Notes under the pieces: model-generated
The model's input: only the letters and a program-made list of their open reading frames with translations
Databases searched by the model: none
Told to the model about the DNA's origin: nothing
Source of the DNA: Patescibacteria group bacterium
GTDB taxonomy: Bacteria > Patescibacteriota > Patescibacteriia > UBA9934
NCBI GenBank assembly: GCA_041661425.1
Contig: JBAZUI010000001.1
Span: 8,507-72,506 of the forward strand
DNA: 64,000 bases
Direction of reading: 5' to 3'
Shown here: piece after piece, positions 35,893-44,644 of the stretch
Layout: every line of letters begins with the position of its first letter
Numbering within the stretch: the stretch's first letter is position 1
Program-made: the position numbers and the translations under genes

Positions 35893-36474
35893 ATGTCACG
35901 CCCGATTCCACTCGACATTATTCCTTCTCATCTGTATCTCAGTGCAGAAGATCAATCAACCTTATTTGGTATTGGATCACCGCTCACGGTACGAACGTCG
36001 CATACGCAACCCGGTCAAGTTGTTTATGAAGAATGTGTGGAAGTGATGGGAAATAATAAGCGATCACTCAAATTTCGTATCATGGGACCAAATTGGGAAC
36101 AAAGTCATGTTGAGCTCACTCCCATCGAAGCCGGTTACCTTGGGTTGAAACCCCCGATGGCAAAAAGCGGGGATCTTCGCATGGCTTCACCCTGTCTTCT
36201 CCGTGGACCGGCCGGCGAAGTGCGTCTTGATTGTGGAGTCATTATCCCTCTCCCGCACCTTTTCTGCTCCCCAGATGACGCGAATGACCTTCGAGTGAAA
36301 AATGGAGACCATGTGGACCTTGATGTTATCGATGATTCGGGCGAAACGATTAAGGATGTGCTGGTGCGTGTCCATCCATCCTTCACGCTTCGCGCGGAAA
36401 TTCGCGCGGATCTTGCTTCGAATTTGTGGTTGGCGCGTTCTGCACATGCTCGTGTTCGTTTTTTTCCTGCATAG
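35893..36474 (+). CDS. PduL-like phosphate acyltransferase (phosphotransacylase)
   Basis: Two PduL repeats, each with the H-x-H-style RHxH motifs and GP-x-G blocks (HLYLSAED...MGPNWEQSHVELTPIEAGYLGL...RGPAGEVRL...PHLFCSPDDANDLRVKNGDHV). Recalled from the PduL family, not searched. Confidence 0.7.
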   Translation: MSRPIPLDIIPSHLYLSAEDQSTLFGIGSPLTVRTSHTQPGQVVYEECVEVMGNNKRSLKFRIMGPNWEQSHVELTPIEAGYLGLKPPMAKSGDLRMASPCLLRGPAGEVRLDCGVIIPLPHLFCSPDDANDLRVKNGDHVDLDVIDDSGETIKDVLVRVHPSFTLRAEIRADLASNLWLARSAHARVRFFPA

Positions 36475-36490
36475 GTTAAAATAGAGATAT

Positions 36491-37717
36491 ATGTTTCGAA
36501 CCATTGTCGTGAGTTGTGTCCTGATATTCCTTCCGGGAATTGCCTGTGCGATGAGTCCTGATTTGGGGCTTACAGCAAGCGACATTCACTTTTCCACCGA
36601 AACGCTTCGGGCCGGGGACGATATCCGCGTCTATGCCTCGGTTCGAAATTATGGCGAGGTCGATACCACAGGATACGTTTTTTTCTATTCCGGAACGAAG
36701 CCGATTGGGGAGAGTCAAGCGATCACCATTCCGATTGGCGGGGCAAAGGATGACGTGTGGGTTGATTTCACCGTGCCTTATGAAGCCTTCAATATTAGCG
36801 CGACTATTCGCGGACAGAATCCAGAGGATGTAAATCCTTCAAATGATTCTGCGCTCACCATGCTTTTTGATCCACTCGTGGATGATGATGAGGATGGAAT
36901 TGACGATGCCGAGGATAATTGTACTGATCACGCAAATGCAAACCAACTTGATACCGATGGCGACGGATTGGGCGATGCCTGCGATAGCGATGATGATAAC
37001 GACAGCGTGAATGATGAGAGCGAAGAAGATCAGGGGAGCGATCCGCTGGTTGTGGATACCGATGGCGACGGGGTCCAAGATGCGAGCGATGCGTATCCAA
37101 CGGATTCCTCAAAAACGGTTTTGGAAAAGCCGGTTGAATTGCCTCCGATTCCAGTCGTGACTCCTCAAGTTCTTGCCGCGGTCGATGAAGACAGTGAACC
37201 GGTTTATCGCGTTCCCGATTCCGCAACAACGTCCAGTGAAAAACCACTAACCACCAATACACTTCTCGCGATTGACGATTCTTCAGCTTCCGAACCCGTC
37301 CTTTTGGCAGATCGTCCATCAGAAAGTCTTCTCGATGTGGCAACCGATGCCTCTTTTACATTGGAACAGATTGACTGGAATACGTATGATTTTTTGGCTG
37401 ATATTCCCGAGAATGCCGTTGGGATGAGCTGGAGCTGGGATTTTGGGGATGGGAATAGCTCCTTGGACAATCCTGTGGAGCATACATTTGAAAAACCCGG
37501 TTCGTATCTTGTGACCCTGACGCTCACCACAGGCGCCAATGAGGTTCGAAGCGAGAGTGAAACGATTGATATTTCTATTTTTCATCTTTCAAACCCATTG
37601 GTGTACGGAACCATCGGGGTGATTTTTTTCATTATTTTATTGGTGATCCTCATGATCATTCGGGGGTGGGTGAGAGATTTTCGAAAAAAGAAAGAAATGT
37701 CGATTGATCGATCGTAA
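36491..37717 (+). CDS. secreted cell-surface protein with thrombospondin type-3-like Ca-binding Asp repeats, a PKD-like domain and a C-terminal TM anchor
   Basis: Signal peptide; DxDxDGxxDxxD repeats (DTDGDGLGDACDSDDD, DTDGDGVQDASD); WDFGDGN PKD motif; hydrophobic C-terminal helix followed by basic residues. Confidence 0.6.
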   Translation: MFRTIVVSCVLIFLPGIACAMSPDLGLTASDIHFSTETLRAGDDIRVYASVRNYGEVDTTGYVFFYSGTKPIGESQAITIPIGGAKDDVWVDFTVPYEAFNISATIRGQNPEDVNPSNDSALTMLFDPLVDDDEDGIDDAEDNCTDHANANQLDTDGDGLGDACDSDDDNDSVNDESEEDQGSDPLVVDTDGDGVQDASDAYPTDSSKTVLEKPVELPPIPVVTPQVLAAVDEDSEPVYRVPDSATTSSEKPLTTNTLLAIDDSSASEPVLLADRPSESLLDVATDASFTLEQIDWNTYDFLADIPENAVGMSWSWDFGDGNSSLDNPVEHTFEKPGSYLVTLTLTTGANEVRSESETIDISIFHLSNPLVYGTIGVIFFIILLVILMIIRGWVRDFRKKKEMSIDRS

Positions 37718-37726
37718 GAGAAGCGC

Positions 37727-39340
37727 ATGTTTTCATTTTTGAAATTTAAAACAAACTCGATTGCCAGTGCCGCCATTGTGGTTGGGAGTTTTTCGGTTCT
37801 TTCGCGATTTTTTGGTTTCATCCGTGATCGTATTCTTGCCGGAACATTTGGAGCAGGTGATACGCTTGATGCGTACTTTGCGGCATTTCGAATTCCAGAT
37901 CTTATTTTCCAGCTGGTCATTGTTGGGGCGCTTTCCGCAAGCTTCATTCCGGTGTTTACAAAATACTATAAAAAGGAGCATCCGGAGGAAGCGTGGCGAT
38001 TTACAAATGCGGTTCTCAATATCATGGCCATTCTATTTGGGTGTGCGGTCGTGGCCGCGATTGTATTTGCCGGCCCGCTGGCCGCTGTCATTGCTCCAGG
38101 ATTTGGACCAGAGAAACAAGCATTGGTCGCACAATTTTCTCAATATCTTTTCTTCGCGCAATTCTTGCTTGCGCTTTCGATGGTTTTTGGGTCTGTGCTT
38201 CAAGGCGCAAAACGTTTTTTTCTCTACTCACTCGCTCCGGTACTCTACAATGTTGGAATCATCATTGGCATTTTGTATTTAGTACCCATGTGCGGACCCA
38301 TGGGTCTTGTCTGGGGGGTTATCATTGGTGCTGGTTTTCATTTTCTTTTGCAAGTCGTCGGTGCTTTTGCCATTGGCTACCGGTATCAACCAACCATGCG
38401 CATGAAACGTGAGGATCGTCGCTATCTTGCGGTTCACCTTCTTCCGCGCGTGCTTGGACTTGCTGTTGGCCAAATCAATGTGACAGCAATGACGATTCTT
38501 GCCTCGGGTCTTGCCGTGGGATCGGTGGCGATTTTTCAATTTGCGTTTAATCTTGATTATTTTACGGTTGGCGTCATTGGGATCTCCTATGCCATTGCCG
38601 CTTTTCCCACACTTTGTGAGCTCTCTTCGGCCGGGCAAAAAGAAGGATTTATCGAAACCCTCTCTTCAACGATTCGTCAGATGCTTCTTTTTCTTGTTCC
38701 TGCCACGATCCTTTTTCTTCTTCTTCGTGCGCAGATTGTTCGTGTGGTGCTTGGGGCCGGCGTTTTTGATTGGGACGCGACCATTGCCACAGCCAATGCG
38801 CTTGGGTGGTTTGTTTTGAGTCTTTTTGCGCAATCGATTGTTTTTGTTCTTGTGCGCGCTTATTTTGCAAAACATGATACGTGGACGCCGTTTGTGATCG
38901 GTCTTTTTTGTGCGATCTTGAACGTGGTGATTGCCTTGCTTCTCGCTCCGAGCATGGGGGTCGCGGGACTCGCGATCGCTTTTTCCGCATCTTCGATGGT
39001 TCAATTGGCGCTTCTTTGGGTTTTGCTTCGTCTTCGCCTTGGGACGCTTCACGAATCACGTATTCTCTACTCGCTCCTTAAGTTTTCTATTGCTGGATTT
39101 TTCACCGCCTTTGCCGTGCAAGGAATGAAGTATGCAATCGTGACGGTCATTTCACTCGACACATTCTGGGGTGTTTTGGGACAGGGATTTATTGCCGGAA
39201 TGGTGGGACTCGTGGTCTATACTGGAATCACGTTGCTCCTTCGGAGTGAGGAGATGATTGAATTTTTCATGAGCATTCGAAGGAAGTTCTTACGAAAAGT
39301 GAAGACAACCGAAGTGATTGTCACGGAAATCGACACTTGA
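37727..39340 (+). CDS. murJ: lipid II flippase MurJ
   Basis: MviN/MurJ N-terminal signature (SRFFGFIRDRILAGTFGAGDTLDAYFAAFRIPD) and 14 TM helices. Confidence 0.9.
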   Translation: MFSFLKFKTNSIASAAIVVGSFSVLSRFFGFIRDRILAGTFGAGDTLDAYFAAFRIPDLIFQLVIVGALSASFIPVFTKYYKKEHPEEAWRFTNAVLNIMAILFGCAVVAAIVFAGPLAAVIAPGFGPEKQALVAQFSQYLFFAQFLLALSMVFGSVLQGAKRFFLYSLAPVLYNVGIIIGILYLVPMCGPMGLVWGVIIGAGFHFLLQVVGAFAIGYRYQPTMRMKREDRRYLAVHLLPRVLGLAVGQINVTAMTILASGLAVGSVAIFQFAFNLDYFTVGVIGISYAIAAFPTLCELSSAGQKEGFIETLSSTIRQMLLFLVPATILFLLLRAQIVRVVLGAGVFDWDATIATANALGWFVLSLFAQSIVFVLVRAYFAKHDTWTPFVIGLFCAILNVVIALLLAPSMGVAGLAIAFSASSMVQLALLWVLLRLRLGTLHESRILYSLLKFSIAGFFTAFAVQGMKYAIVTVISLDTFWGVLGQGFIAGMVGLVVYTGITLLLRSEEMIEFFMSIRRKFLRKVKTTEVIVTEIDT

Positions 39341-39373
39341 TGAAAAAACGTGAATTCTTTAAGATGATATCCT

Positions 39374-41164
39374 ATGATCAGCGCTGATGAATTGAGAAAA
39401 AAGTACCTTGATTTTTTTGTTTCAAAGGGACATATCCAAATTCCTTCCGCTTCCTTGATTCCCGAGAATGATCCTTCGGTGTTGTTCACGACCGCTGGGA
39501 TGCATCCGTTGGTTCCGTATCTTTTAGGTGAGCCTCATCCCGCTGGCAAGCGTTTGGTAAATGTGCAGAAGTGTGTGCGCACCGGTGATATTGATGAAGT
39601 GGGTGATGCGACGCACTTGACCTTTTTTGAAATGCTCGGGAATTGGTCGCTTGGGGATTATTTCAAGGATGATTCGATTGCCTGGAGTTTTGAGTTTTTA
39701 ACATCCGCAGATTGGCTTGCGATCCCTGTCAATAAACTCGCGGTCAGTGTTTTTGCTGGCGATGACGATGCGCCATTCGATGAAGAGTCCATGAAAAAAT
39801 GGATGGAGCTCGGTATCCTCGAATCTCGCATTGCAAAGCTTGGGAAAGATGATAATTGGTGGCCGGCAGGCGGCAAACATCCAGGGCCTCAAGGGCCGGA
39901 TACGGAGATTTTTTATTGGACCGGAACAGAGGTGGCGCCGGAATCGTTTGACCCGAAAAATAAATTTTGGGTCGAAATTTGGAACAACGTCTTCATGCAG
40001 TTTTTAAAAGGAAAAGATGGTTCCCCTAAATCGCTCGATCAAAAGAATGTGGATACCGGGATGGGCCTTGAGCGCACACTCGCGGTTTTGAATGACGTCG
40101 CAACGGTATTTGAAACTGATCTTTTTATTTCGATTATTTCCGCCATTGAATCGGCAACCGGAGCGAAATACGGGAGCGATGCGGCTGTGACTCGATCAAT
40201 GAGGATCATTGCCGATCATGTTCGTTCAGCGGTCATGATGATCGCGGACGGCGTTGCGCCTTCGAATAAGGATCAGGGGTACATCCTTCGACGTCTGATT
40301 CGTCGGGCGATTTGTGAATCAACAAAGCTCGTAAAAGAGGGGATTGATCTTACAAAAATCGCTCATCCCGTGATTGCGATGTTTGAAGGTGTCTATCCAA
40401 TTCCCACGGCCGGGAATGTCATCAAGGCCATAAAAGATGAACAAGAAAAGTTTTCAAAGACCCTTCACAAGGGGCTGGGACAATTTGAAAAATTTTTCAA
40501 ACAAGGCGCCATTGGTGGAAAAGAAGCATTTGATTTGTATGCAACCTATGGATTTCCACTGGAGCTTACTGAGGACCTCGTGAAAGAACGCGGAGCAACC
40601 ATCGATCGCGAGGCGTTCGAACACGAGTTTGCGCATCACCAGGAGCTCTCCTCGCAAGGGTCGGAAAAGAAATTTAAAGGCGGTCTGGCAGATGCGAGCG
40701 AGGAAACAACACGATTGCATACAGCCACGCATTTGCTTCATCAGGCTCTCCGGATGGTGCTCGGGGATGGGGTGGCGCAAAAAGGATCGAATATTACGAC
40801 TGAACGTTTGCGTTTTGATTTTTCTCATGGCGAAAAGATGACACCGGAACAGATTACCGAGGTCGAACGTATCGTGAACGAACAAATCGAAAAAGCCATG
40901 CCGGTTATTTGCGAGACGATGTCGGTCGAGGAGGCGGAAAAATCCGGGGCCATTGGACTCTTCAAAGAAAAATATAAAACCGTTGGCGACCAGGTAAAGG
41001 TCTACAACGTCGGAAATTCTTCGACAAGCTCAGAGCCTCCTTTCAGTCGGGAAATCTGCGGCGGTCCTCATGCCTCGAATACGAAGGAGCTTGGACACTT
41101 TAAGATTTTGAAGGAAGAGGCGTCGTCCGCCGGGATTCGACGGATTAAGGCTATTTTAGAATAA
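39374..41164 (+). CDS. alaS: alanine--tRNA ligase (short form, 596 aa)
   Basis: AlaRS catalytic core motifs (FTTAGM, KCVRTGDID, FFEMLGNWS) and the HxxxH editing/second domain. C-terminal portions typical of full-length AlaRS are absent. Confidence 0.85.
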   Translation: MISADELRKKYLDFFVSKGHIQIPSASLIPENDPSVLFTTAGMHPLVPYLLGEPHPAGKRLVNVQKCVRTGDIDEVGDATHLTFFEMLGNWSLGDYFKDDSIAWSFEFLTSADWLAIPVNKLAVSVFAGDDDAPFDEESMKKWMELGILESRIAKLGKDDNWWPAGGKHPGPQGPDTEIFYWTGTEVAPESFDPKNKFWVEIWNNVFMQFLKGKDGSPKSLDQKNVDTGMGLERTLAVLNDVATVFETDLFISIISAIESATGAKYGSDAAVTRSMRIIADHVRSAVMMIADGVAPSNKDQGYILRRLIRRAICESTKLVKEGIDLTKIAHPVIAMFEGVYPIPTAGNVIKAIKDEQEKFSKTLHKGLGQFEKFFKQGAIGGKEAFDLYATYGFPLELTEDLVKERGATIDREAFEHEFAHHQELSSQGSEKKFKGGLADASEETTRLHTATHLLHQALRMVLGDGVAQKGSNITTERLRFDFSHGEKMTPEQITEVERIVNEQIEKAMPVICETMSVEEAEKSGAIGLFKEKYKTVGDQVKVYNVGNSSTSSEPPFSREICGGPHASNTKELGHFKILKEEASSAGIRRIKAILE

Positions 41165-41165
41165 T

Positions 41166-41188
41166 GGGGTCAGGTCGGGAATCGGGAA
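41166..41188. repeat. 23-bp direct repeat GGGGTCAGGTCGGGAATCGGGAA (left copy) flanking the HigBA cassette
   Basis: Exact 23-nt match to 41833-41855; lies directly after the alaS stop codon. Confidence 0.75.
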
Positions 41189-41213
41189 TTTTTTTCGGCT
41201 GAACTAGCTTTTT

Positions 41214-41531
41214 ATGAAAATTAAATTCTTTAGTCGAGAGATCGAGGAGTTTATTATAAGACTGGAAAAGCCAACGATCGCAAAGGTCTTACGGAGCTTT
41301 GATCTACTCGAAAAATTTGGTAATCAAATCGGCATGCCTCATAGTAAGGCATTGAGTGATGGGCTGTTCGAATTGAGAATTCGCGGAGTTCAGGAAGTGA
41401 GATTCTTATACTTTTTTAAAAAGACAGAAATGATTGTGATTTTGAGCGGTTTTTTAAAAAAGACAAATTCGATGCCGGTTCGGGAAATGCGGTTGGCAAA
41501 GCAACGGAAAAAAGAGCTTGACGCGATATAA
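41214..41531 (+). CDS. higB: HigB/RelE-superfamily toxin (Gp49-like)
   Basis: LFELRIRGVQEVRFLYFF...IVILSGFLKKT matches the Gp49/HigB-like toxin family. Followed by an XRE antitoxin. Confidence 0.75.
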   Translation: MKIKFFSREIEEFIIRLEKPTIAKVLRSFDLLEKFGNQIGMPHSKALSDGLFELRIRGVQEVRFLYFFKKTEMIVILSGFLKKTNSMPVREMRLAKQRKKELDAI

Positions 41532-41545
41532 CATATACGTTATAT

Positions 41546-41827
41546 TTGATGTGTATGAAAGATTATCAAATTTTGAAAAAAGAATTATTGTCCGATACCG
41601 AAATTCGAAAGGCTTACGAGGCATTGGGACCGGAATATTCGATTATTGAGAAGTTAATCGAGAAACGATTAAAACAGGGGATGTCACAAAAGCAATTAGC
41701 AAAAATTCTCGGCACAAAACAGTCTGCCATTTCTCGCTTTGAATCCGGTTCTTACAATCCCACCATTTCATTTCTTTATAAAATCGCCGATGCGCTCGAT
41801 GTAAAATTGACGATGACGGTTAAATAA
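41546..41827 (+). CDS. higA: HTH XRE-family antitoxin (HigA-like)
   Basis: HTH motif GMSQKQLAKILGTKQSAISRFESG. Confidence 0.8.
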   Translation: MMCMKDYQILKKELLSDTEIRKAYEALGPEYSIIEKLIEKRLKQGMSQKQLAKILGTKQSAISRFESGSYNPTISFLYKIADALDVKLTMTVK

Positions 41828-41832
41828 AAAAC

Positions 41833-41855
41833 GGGGTCAGGTCGGGAATCGGGAA
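41833..41855. repeat. 23-bp direct repeat GGGGTCAGGTCGGGAATCGGGAA (right copy)
   Basis: Identical to 41166-41188. Confidence 0.75.
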
Positions 41856-41868
41856 CTAACCATGAACT

Positions 41869-42501
41869 ATGAACGTAAATATTGAAAAATTTCAGGAGGA
41901 CAGAGAGAAACAAAAAAGCCCGTTTTTTGAATTAGCGCGTAAGGCGTTTCTTGATGCTGGAGCTGAAGAGTATCTATCGCTTCAGGAGATGTATCGTCGA
42001 TGCCCGAGCGATCTTATTGTGCGTCGGGAAAAACCAGAACAAATACTGTCGGTTATTCAGAATGAAAAATCTTTTGAGTTGAGGCCAGATAATAAACTTG
42101 CAAAGTACGCAAATGCTGTTCTGTGGAGTCCTTCCGATGGTCCTCGAGGATTAGAGGATGCTTTTTTGGAGGGAATTTCGCATAAAGATGGAGTTGTTAC
42201 TGTTTTTGGATTTGAACCTCAAGAAGATGCGACGATTGATTATGTTCCGGATGCGACGGGTGGGGTTCTGAATGTTGATCGTTCGCTCGTGAGAAGCGTC
42301 TCAGCGACAGTGACACCCGAATCTGTGCGATTTATTGTTCTTCGAATCCCGATTCAACAGTATTCAGAAAAGGAAATGACCGATCTGGAGCTTGAACGTC
42401 TGGATCGTTACGAACGTTCAATATCGGCAAAACCAAATCCACAGTATATTTGTCGAGGGTATTTTTTCCCAGGAAAAGAAGAGAAGGAAATGGCTGCATA
42501 A
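41869..42501 (+). CDS. hypothetical protein (210 aa)
   Basis: ORF with a plausible RBS context; no recognisable family. Confidence 0.4.
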   Translation: MNVNIEKFQEDREKQKSPFFELARKAFLDAGAEEYLSLQEMYRRCPSDLIVRREKPEQILSVIQNEKSFELRPDNKLAKYANAVLWSPSDGPRGLEDAFLEGISHKDGVVTVFGFEPQEDATIDYVPDATGGVLNVDRSLVRSVSATVTPESVRFIVLRIPIQQYSEKEMTDLELERLDRYERSISAKPNPQYICRGYFFPGKEEKEMAA

Positions 42502-42512
42502 CAAAAGATCCC

Positions 42513-42797
42513 TCAGCACGTACGCCTTGGGACCTGTGATTCGCACTCGACGCATCTAATGGCGCCGGGCACGATCACGAGACGCTTGATGGGAATCTCT
42601 TCGCCACAATCGGCGCAGATTCCATATGAGCCTTCCTTGATTCTCGCGAGAGCCGCGAGAATATAGGGCACTGCGACCCTCTGTTTGAGGGCGAGGTGAA
42701 CCGGAGGACGGGCGCTGTGGGGCCATTCCTCCAGATACCTCCGAAGTTTTTCTCGGAGGATTTCTTTCTGCGATGCAAGAAAATCGCTCGAAAGCAT
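42513..42797 (-). CDS. DksA/TraR-family C4-type zinc-finger protein (94 aa)
   Basis: Start at MLSSDF with GGAGG immediately upstream. C-terminal CADCGEEIP...CVEC four-Cys zinc finger typical of DksA/TraR. The upstream 80 aa of the track ORF is antisense to the transposase fragment and lacks support. Confidence 0.7.
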   Translation of the reverse strand: MLSSDFLASQKEILREKLRRYLEEWPHSARPPVHLALKQRVAVPYILAALARIKEGSYGICADCGEEIPIKRLVIVPGAIRCVECESQVPRRTC

Positions 42798-42968
42798 GGT
42801 TCCTCCAGGGAATATGGACCAAAAATAATAGCACTTTTTTGAGGAAAAGTCAATCATAGTATTGACAAAACCAATAAGATATTTGAGTTGGATGAATCTA
42901 TTATGATGCCAAATCATATCCATGGCATCCTTCAAATTATTGAATCCAAGATCAAAATCGATTCTGTA

Positions 42969-42991
42969 CGGGCGGGTCTGCGACCCGCCCG
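42969..42991. repeat. REP-like hairpin CGGGCGGGTC-TGC-GACCCGCCCG
   Basis: 10-bp perfect stem within the transposase fragment. Confidence 0.7.
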
Positions 42992-43022
42992 CTCGGGGCT
43001 CATCGAATGCGCCGATAATGAT

Positions 43023-43045
43023 CGGGCAGGTCACAGACCTGCCCG
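43023..43045. repeat. REP-like hairpin CGGGCAGGTC-ACA-GACCTGCCCG
   Basis: 10-bp perfect stem, a near copy of the hairpin at 10441-10461. Confidence 0.7.
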
Positions 43046-43250
43046 TACGGGAAAATATGCATTATCCGAGATTATTCGGGGATTCAAATCATATGCATCC
43101 AGAAAAATCAATATTCTATTTGATTCTCCCGGCGCTCCATTATGGCACCGTAATTATTATGATCACATCATCCGTTCTCCACAGGATCTCGACCGAATTC
43201 GCGCCTATATCCGTGATAATCCGAATCAGCAGTAAGGGCGGACAAGATTC

Positions 43251-43279
43251 CTTGACAGAAATAGCCCGATTTAGTAACA
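43251..43279 (+). promoter_or_regulatory. sigma70-like promoter TTGACA-17-TAACAT upstream of infA and the ribosomal block
   Basis: Canonical hexamers read directly. Confidence 0.5.
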
Positions 43280-43346
43280 TTCCGTCGCAACATTTTTCCT
43301 CTTGTTCTTGCCAATTTTACAAGCGTTTGCTATGATGCCAGCGCTT

Positions 43347-43562
43347 ATGGCAGAAAAACAGTTCATCGAAATGCGTGGCACGGTCGAGGAAGCTCTTCCG
43401 GGCGGACAATTTCGTGTGAAGCTCGAAAACGAGCAGGAAATCATTGCTCACCTTTCCGGTCGCTTGCGAAAATTTCATATTCGCATCCTCCCGGGAGATG
43501 AGGTCAAAGTGGAGATCAGCCCGTATGATCTCACAAAGGGTCGAATCACGTTCCGAAATTAG
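43347..43562 (+). CDS. infA: translation initiation factor IF-1
   Basis: S1-like OB fold; [42 protein letters not shown] matches the IF-1 pattern. Alternative starts exist at 43332/43335. Confidence 0.85.
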   Translation: MAEKQFIEMRGTVEEALPGGQFRVKLENEQEIIAHLSGRLRKFHIRILPGDEVKVEISPYDLTKGRITFRN

Positions 43563-43629
43563 GACGGTATCTCGATTCTCAAAATCAATGTCATCCAATT
43601 AAGGGATGATATTGTCGTATGAGCACTCT

Positions 43630-43743
43630 ATGAAAGTTCGCGCATCAGTCAAAAAAATCTGTCGAGATTGCCACGTGGTTCGCCGCGAGGGCCGTCTTCA
43701 CTGTATTTGCAAAAATCCAAAACATAAACAGCGACAAGGCTAA
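43630..43743 (+). CDS. rpmJ: 50S ribosomal protein L36 (37 aa)
   Basis: [37 protein letters not shown] has the C-x2-C-x12-C-x4-H zinc ribbon in the canonical position between infA and rpsM. It falls below the ORF-track length cutoff. Confidence 0.85.
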   Translation: MKVRASVKKICRDCHVVRREGRLHCICKNPKHKQRQG

Positions 43744-43745
43744 CT

Positions 43746-44132
43746 ATGGCACGTATTGCAGGCGTCACACTCCCTTCAAATAAACGTACCGTGATTGCGC
43801 TCACGTACATTTATGGTATTGGGAATACCACGGCACAGAATATTATCAAGGAGGCCAAGGTCAGCGCAGAAGTCCGGGTGAAAGATTTAACTTCGGAGCA
43901 AGAAAATGCCATTCGTACGATTGTTGAAAAGCAACATCGTGTCGAGGGTGAACTTCGACGCACGGTTCTTTCAAACATCAAACGCATGAAAGAAATTGGA
44001 TGCTATCGCGGAACACGACATGCCAAGGGATTGCCTGTGCGTGGACAGCGAACAAAAACGAATTCTCGTTCCGTCCGTGGCAATGTCCGCAAGACGGCCG
44101 GTTCCGGACGTCGTATGGTCACGAAAACATAA
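43746..44132 (+). CDS. rpsM: 30S ribosomal protein S13
   Basis: [10 protein letters not shown]...IYGIG signature. Confidence 0.93.
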   Translation: MARIAGVTLPSNKRTVIALTYIYGIGNTTAQNIIKEAKVSAEVRVKDLTSEQENAIRTIVEKQHRVEGELRRTVLSNIKRMKEIGCYRGTRHAKGLPVRGQRTKTNSRSVRGNVRKTAGSGRRMVTKT

Positions 44133-44135
44133 GCT

Positions 44136-44633
44136 ATGACTCAAGAAGAAAAACAGGACGTCGTCGTTGAAACGCCAGTGGAGGCAACCGTTTCAGGCGA
44201 AGCGACCGCTCCAAAAACTGAAAAGAAAGAGGCGAAGAAAACGCAATATGTGCGTACAGCCAAGGGAAAGCGTCGCGCGGTGAAATCCGTGCCACGTGGT
44301 CGTGCGTATATTCATGCCTCTTTGAACAATACGATTATTACGATTACCGATCAGAATGGAAACGGTCTTGCTTGGGCGAGCGCTGGAAATTGCGGGTTTA
44401 CCGGTCCAAAAAAGGCGACTCCGTATGCCGCGAGTATCGTTGCAACCAAAGTTTGCGATAAAATTGAACCATTAGGGATGAAAGAAGTGCACGTCTATTC
44501 AACCGGGATCGGCTCGGGACGTGATTCTGCGATTCGAACTTTTAATACAAAAGGATTGAGCGTGCTTTCAATTAAGGAAATGACGCCAACTCCACATAAT
44601 GGATGCCGACCCCGTCGCGCACGCCGTGTCTAA
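44136..44633 (+). CDS. rpsK: 30S ribosomal protein S11
   Basis: GRAYIHASLNNTIITITDQNGNGLAWASAG conserved core after an N-terminal extension. Confidence 0.93.
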   Translation: MTQEEKQDVVVETPVEATVSGEATAPKTEKKEAKKTQYVRTAKGKRRAVKSVPRGRAYIHASLNNTIITITDQNGNGLAWASAGNCGFTGPKKATPYAASIVATKVCDKIEPLGMKEVHVYSTGIGSGRDSAIRTFNTKGLSVLSIKEMTPTPHNGCRPRRARRV

Positions 44634-44644
44634 CGGATATTGAT

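Larger units (their letters stand above)
42888..43235 (+). pseudogene. N-terminally truncated IS200/IS605-type (RayT-like, Y1 HuH) transposase fragment with two embedded REP-like hairpins
   Basis: Contains the HuH motif PNHIHGIL and the conserved C-terminal block GKYALSEIIRGFKSYASRKIN...LWHRNYYDHIIRSPQDLDRIRAYIRDNP. The first ~60 aa, which carry the catalytic Tyr helix context, are absent. Two GC-rich hairpins sit inside the ORF. Confidence 0.6.

Noticed and set aside
41166-41188. Similarity of GGGGTCAGGTCGGGAA to the SRP RNA domain IV motif (GGUCAGGUCCGGAAGGAAGCAGC)
   Set aside because: Only a partial resemblance; the AGCAG half is missing and there is no surrounding helix, so it is not 4.5S RNA.
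42798-43034. N-terminal 80 aa of the 173-aa minus-strand ORF
   Set aside because: It is antisense to the transposase fragment and GC hairpins. A good GGAGG RBS precedes the internal Met that begins the DksA/TraR domain.
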